IMG/VR virus record: IMGVR_UViG_3300042997_002643 | Coordinates: 1 to 26,514 of that record | Strand: one strand, 5' to 3' | DNA: 26,514 nucleotides | Origin: a virus | Taxonomy: Duplodnaviria > Caudoviricetes | Shown: positions 24,964 to 26,514 of the stretch, piece after piece | Position numbering within the stretch: the stretch's first letter is position 1 | How the letters are laid out: every line of letters starts with the position of its first letter | Position numbers and translations under genes: made by a program | Notes under the pieces: model-generated | Database searches by the model: none | What the model saw: the letters and a program-made list of their open reading frames with translations, nothing else | Told to the model about the DNA's origin: nothing

Positions 24964-25817
24964 GACCAAAGCCCCGTGGCGACACGCTCCACCATTGCGG
25001 CGCCGTCATCGAACGGCGACACGTCGAGCGACAAGATCCTGTTGGCGCCGAACTTCTGACCCCGATTGTGCTCGGCGACCAAAAGCCTGACGCGCTCGGC
25101 GATCTGATCGCGCCGTATGCTGCGCTCGATCAATGCAACGATGACGCTCTGTGCTACGTCGTCACCGGCCTCTGGTGTCAGCCAACGCGGCACCATCGCG
25201 CGAATGGCCCGGTATTCGTTCTCCCTGTGGCGTTGCTGAGCAACCGCCCTGGTGCGCATCGCTCGCTCGTGGCCGCGGCTGGAATACTCGGCCATCATCT
25301 TATCGAAGGCCGGGTCGATCATGCGCTGATGCTGCATGTTCTGATGGCCGGTCACGTAGAGTGATCCGCCATGAAAGATGCGTTTCATCGAAACGCCTCG
25401 GTGAACGAGCTGGGTGACCTTCGCCACCTGGTCGGCGGTCATTGGGCGCACAACGCGCGCCGCAAGCCGAGCGCAGGTCCTGCAGACGCGGCCTCGGTCG
25501 CCGTTGCGATAGGTGCGAATGAAAACGTTGTCGCCACTGAGCTCGTGGCCTCGGACACAATGCGTTTTTGCCGCGACCTTGCGCGCTGCAGCGATTTTCT
25601 TCTTGCGATCGCTATTCGCCTTCGAGATGGCGCGGATCTCGGTCGCTGCCTGAGGATATTCTCTCTCGAAGCGACCGAACCCGGTGAACGTCCATCCGCC
25701 GCTATCGATCACGTCCTTGAGCGTTTCCCCTGCTCGGACGCGCTCAGCAAGTGCGGCAAACCTCTCCGCCCGATAGACGCGGCTGCGCTCCTCCTGTCGC
25801 TGCAGGTACGGCGTCAT
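24960..25817 (-). CDS. Hypothetical protein with Cys/His Zn motif and a sigma-region-2-like C-terminus (285 aa)
   Basis: SD GGAGG; KTHCVRGH...NV....R.RVCRTC motif; AGDDVAQSVIVAL...ILSLD near the C-terminus. Confidence 0.6.
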   Translation of the reverse strand: MTPYLQRQEERSRVYRAERFAALAERVRAGETLKDVIDSGGWTFTGFGRFEREYPQAATEIRAISKANSDRKKKIAAARKVAAKTHCVRGHELSGDNVFIRTYRNGDRGRVCRTCARLAARVVRPMTADQVAKVTQLVHRGVSMKRIFHGGSLYVTGHQNMQHQRMIDPAFDKMMAEYSSRGHERAMRTRAVAQQRHRENEYRAIRAMVPRWLTPEAGDDVAQSVIVALIERSIRRDQIAERVRLLVAEHNRGQKFGANRILSLDVSPFDDGAAMVERVATGLWS

Positions 25818-25854
25818 CGATCGACCTCCCGCCGCTGACGGACAAATAGATGCA

Positions 25855-26514
25855 TCACACGCTCTCCATCGCTTGGGTGTGTTTGTCGTATGCTGCGAGA
25901 TCGACCAGCAGGCATCGCTCCGAACTGCCGTTGATCTTGTGGACGTGTTTGAGATCCGGCGAGTTACGGATCACGATGTCGAGCGGCGCCTGTTTCAGCG
26001 CAGCGAACCAGCCGCCTTGTCGCCATTTGCTGTCAACGAAGATCCGCTCGATGAACGGACCCTTTGGCGGCACCGCGAGCAGCGCGCGCTTCTTGCTGTG
26101 CGGCGCGGCGGGATCGGGCACAAGTACGAGCTTACAGCCGGCGAGGCGCGCGGCACCGAGTGCTTCCTTTTCGTCGTAATCGACGCCGTGCGGCGCCTGC
26201 ATTTCCTCGATCGCGTAGCCCAGCGACATGCGCTGCCCCGACTTCATGATGTCGAGCGGCGAGGCCACGAGATGCTCCAGCGCACCGCGCCAGTTCTCCA
26301 GCTGCTCGGCACGCTCGTCGGCCGTGGCATCGGCGATCATCGCGCCCATGCGCTCCGCCTCGGTGATCGGCATGCCGATCTCTTCCATGTCGGCGGCGCC
26401 GAGCAGCATCTGTGCGATGGCAAGGAACGTGCCGTAGGTATCCTGCGAGCGACCGGAGAGGCCTCCTTTCTGCAGCATGCCGCGCCAGTCACCATGGATC
26501 CGCGCATAGTCCGG
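25855..26514 (-). CDS. C-terminal part of a probable phage primase/helicase-type replication protein (5' truncated by the window)
   Basis: The frame is open to the window edge (PDYARIHGDWRG-MLQK...). RSQDTYGTFLA..MLLG and WRGALEHL resemble the C-termini of BPP-1-like replication helicases. The catalytic motifs are outside the window. Confidence 0.5.
   Translation of the reverse strand, partial: PDYARIHGDWRGMLQKGGLSGRSQDTYGTFLAIAQMLLGAADMEEIGMPITEAERMGAMIADATADERAEQLENWRGALEHLVASPLDIMKSGQRMSLGYAIEEMQAPHGVDYDEKEALGAARLAGCKLVLVPDPAAPHSKKRALLAVPPKGPFIERIFVDSKWRQGGWFAALKQAPLDIVIRNSPDLKHVHKINGSSERCLLVDLAAYDKHTQAMESV

Larger units (their letters stand above)
1..26514 (-). mobile_element. Podovirus-type alphaproteobacterial phage/prophage, late region
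   Basis: Complete co-oriented terminase-portal-capsid-short tail-ejection-lysis gene set; no host housekeeping genes. Confidence 0.93.

Overview
The window is the replication-end, packaging, morphogenesis and lysis part of a high-GC short-tailed (podovirus-type, BPP-1/T7-like structural module) phage or prophage. The host is probably an alphaproteobacterium of the Bradyrhizobium/Rhodopseudomonas group, judged from a host-like GapR. All credible genes are on the minus strand. Gene order from right to left: truncated primase/helicase-like gene, Zn-motif protein, small ORFs, HNH, gapR, a GTTACA iteron array, terS, a GC-rich gap, terL, GNAT-like gene, small virion protein, portal, Bbp19-like gene, scaffold, RcGTA-like head spike base and fibre, major capsid, small capsid-associated protein, terminator, tail adaptor, nozzle, four ejection proteins, beta-helix tailspike and a membrane-anchored endolysin. 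The most notable non-coding features are: (1) a recurring late-promoter-like motif GAGTTAACACCG, which contains a CtrA-type TTAAC half-site, in front of terS, capsid, tailspike and lysin; (2) hairpins that would block lysin and tailspike translation on read-through mRNA but not on mRNA from their own promoters; (3) a 12-copy GTTACA array with an adjacent G-quadruplex-type motif. All product calls come from motif recognition and synteny; no database search was run.
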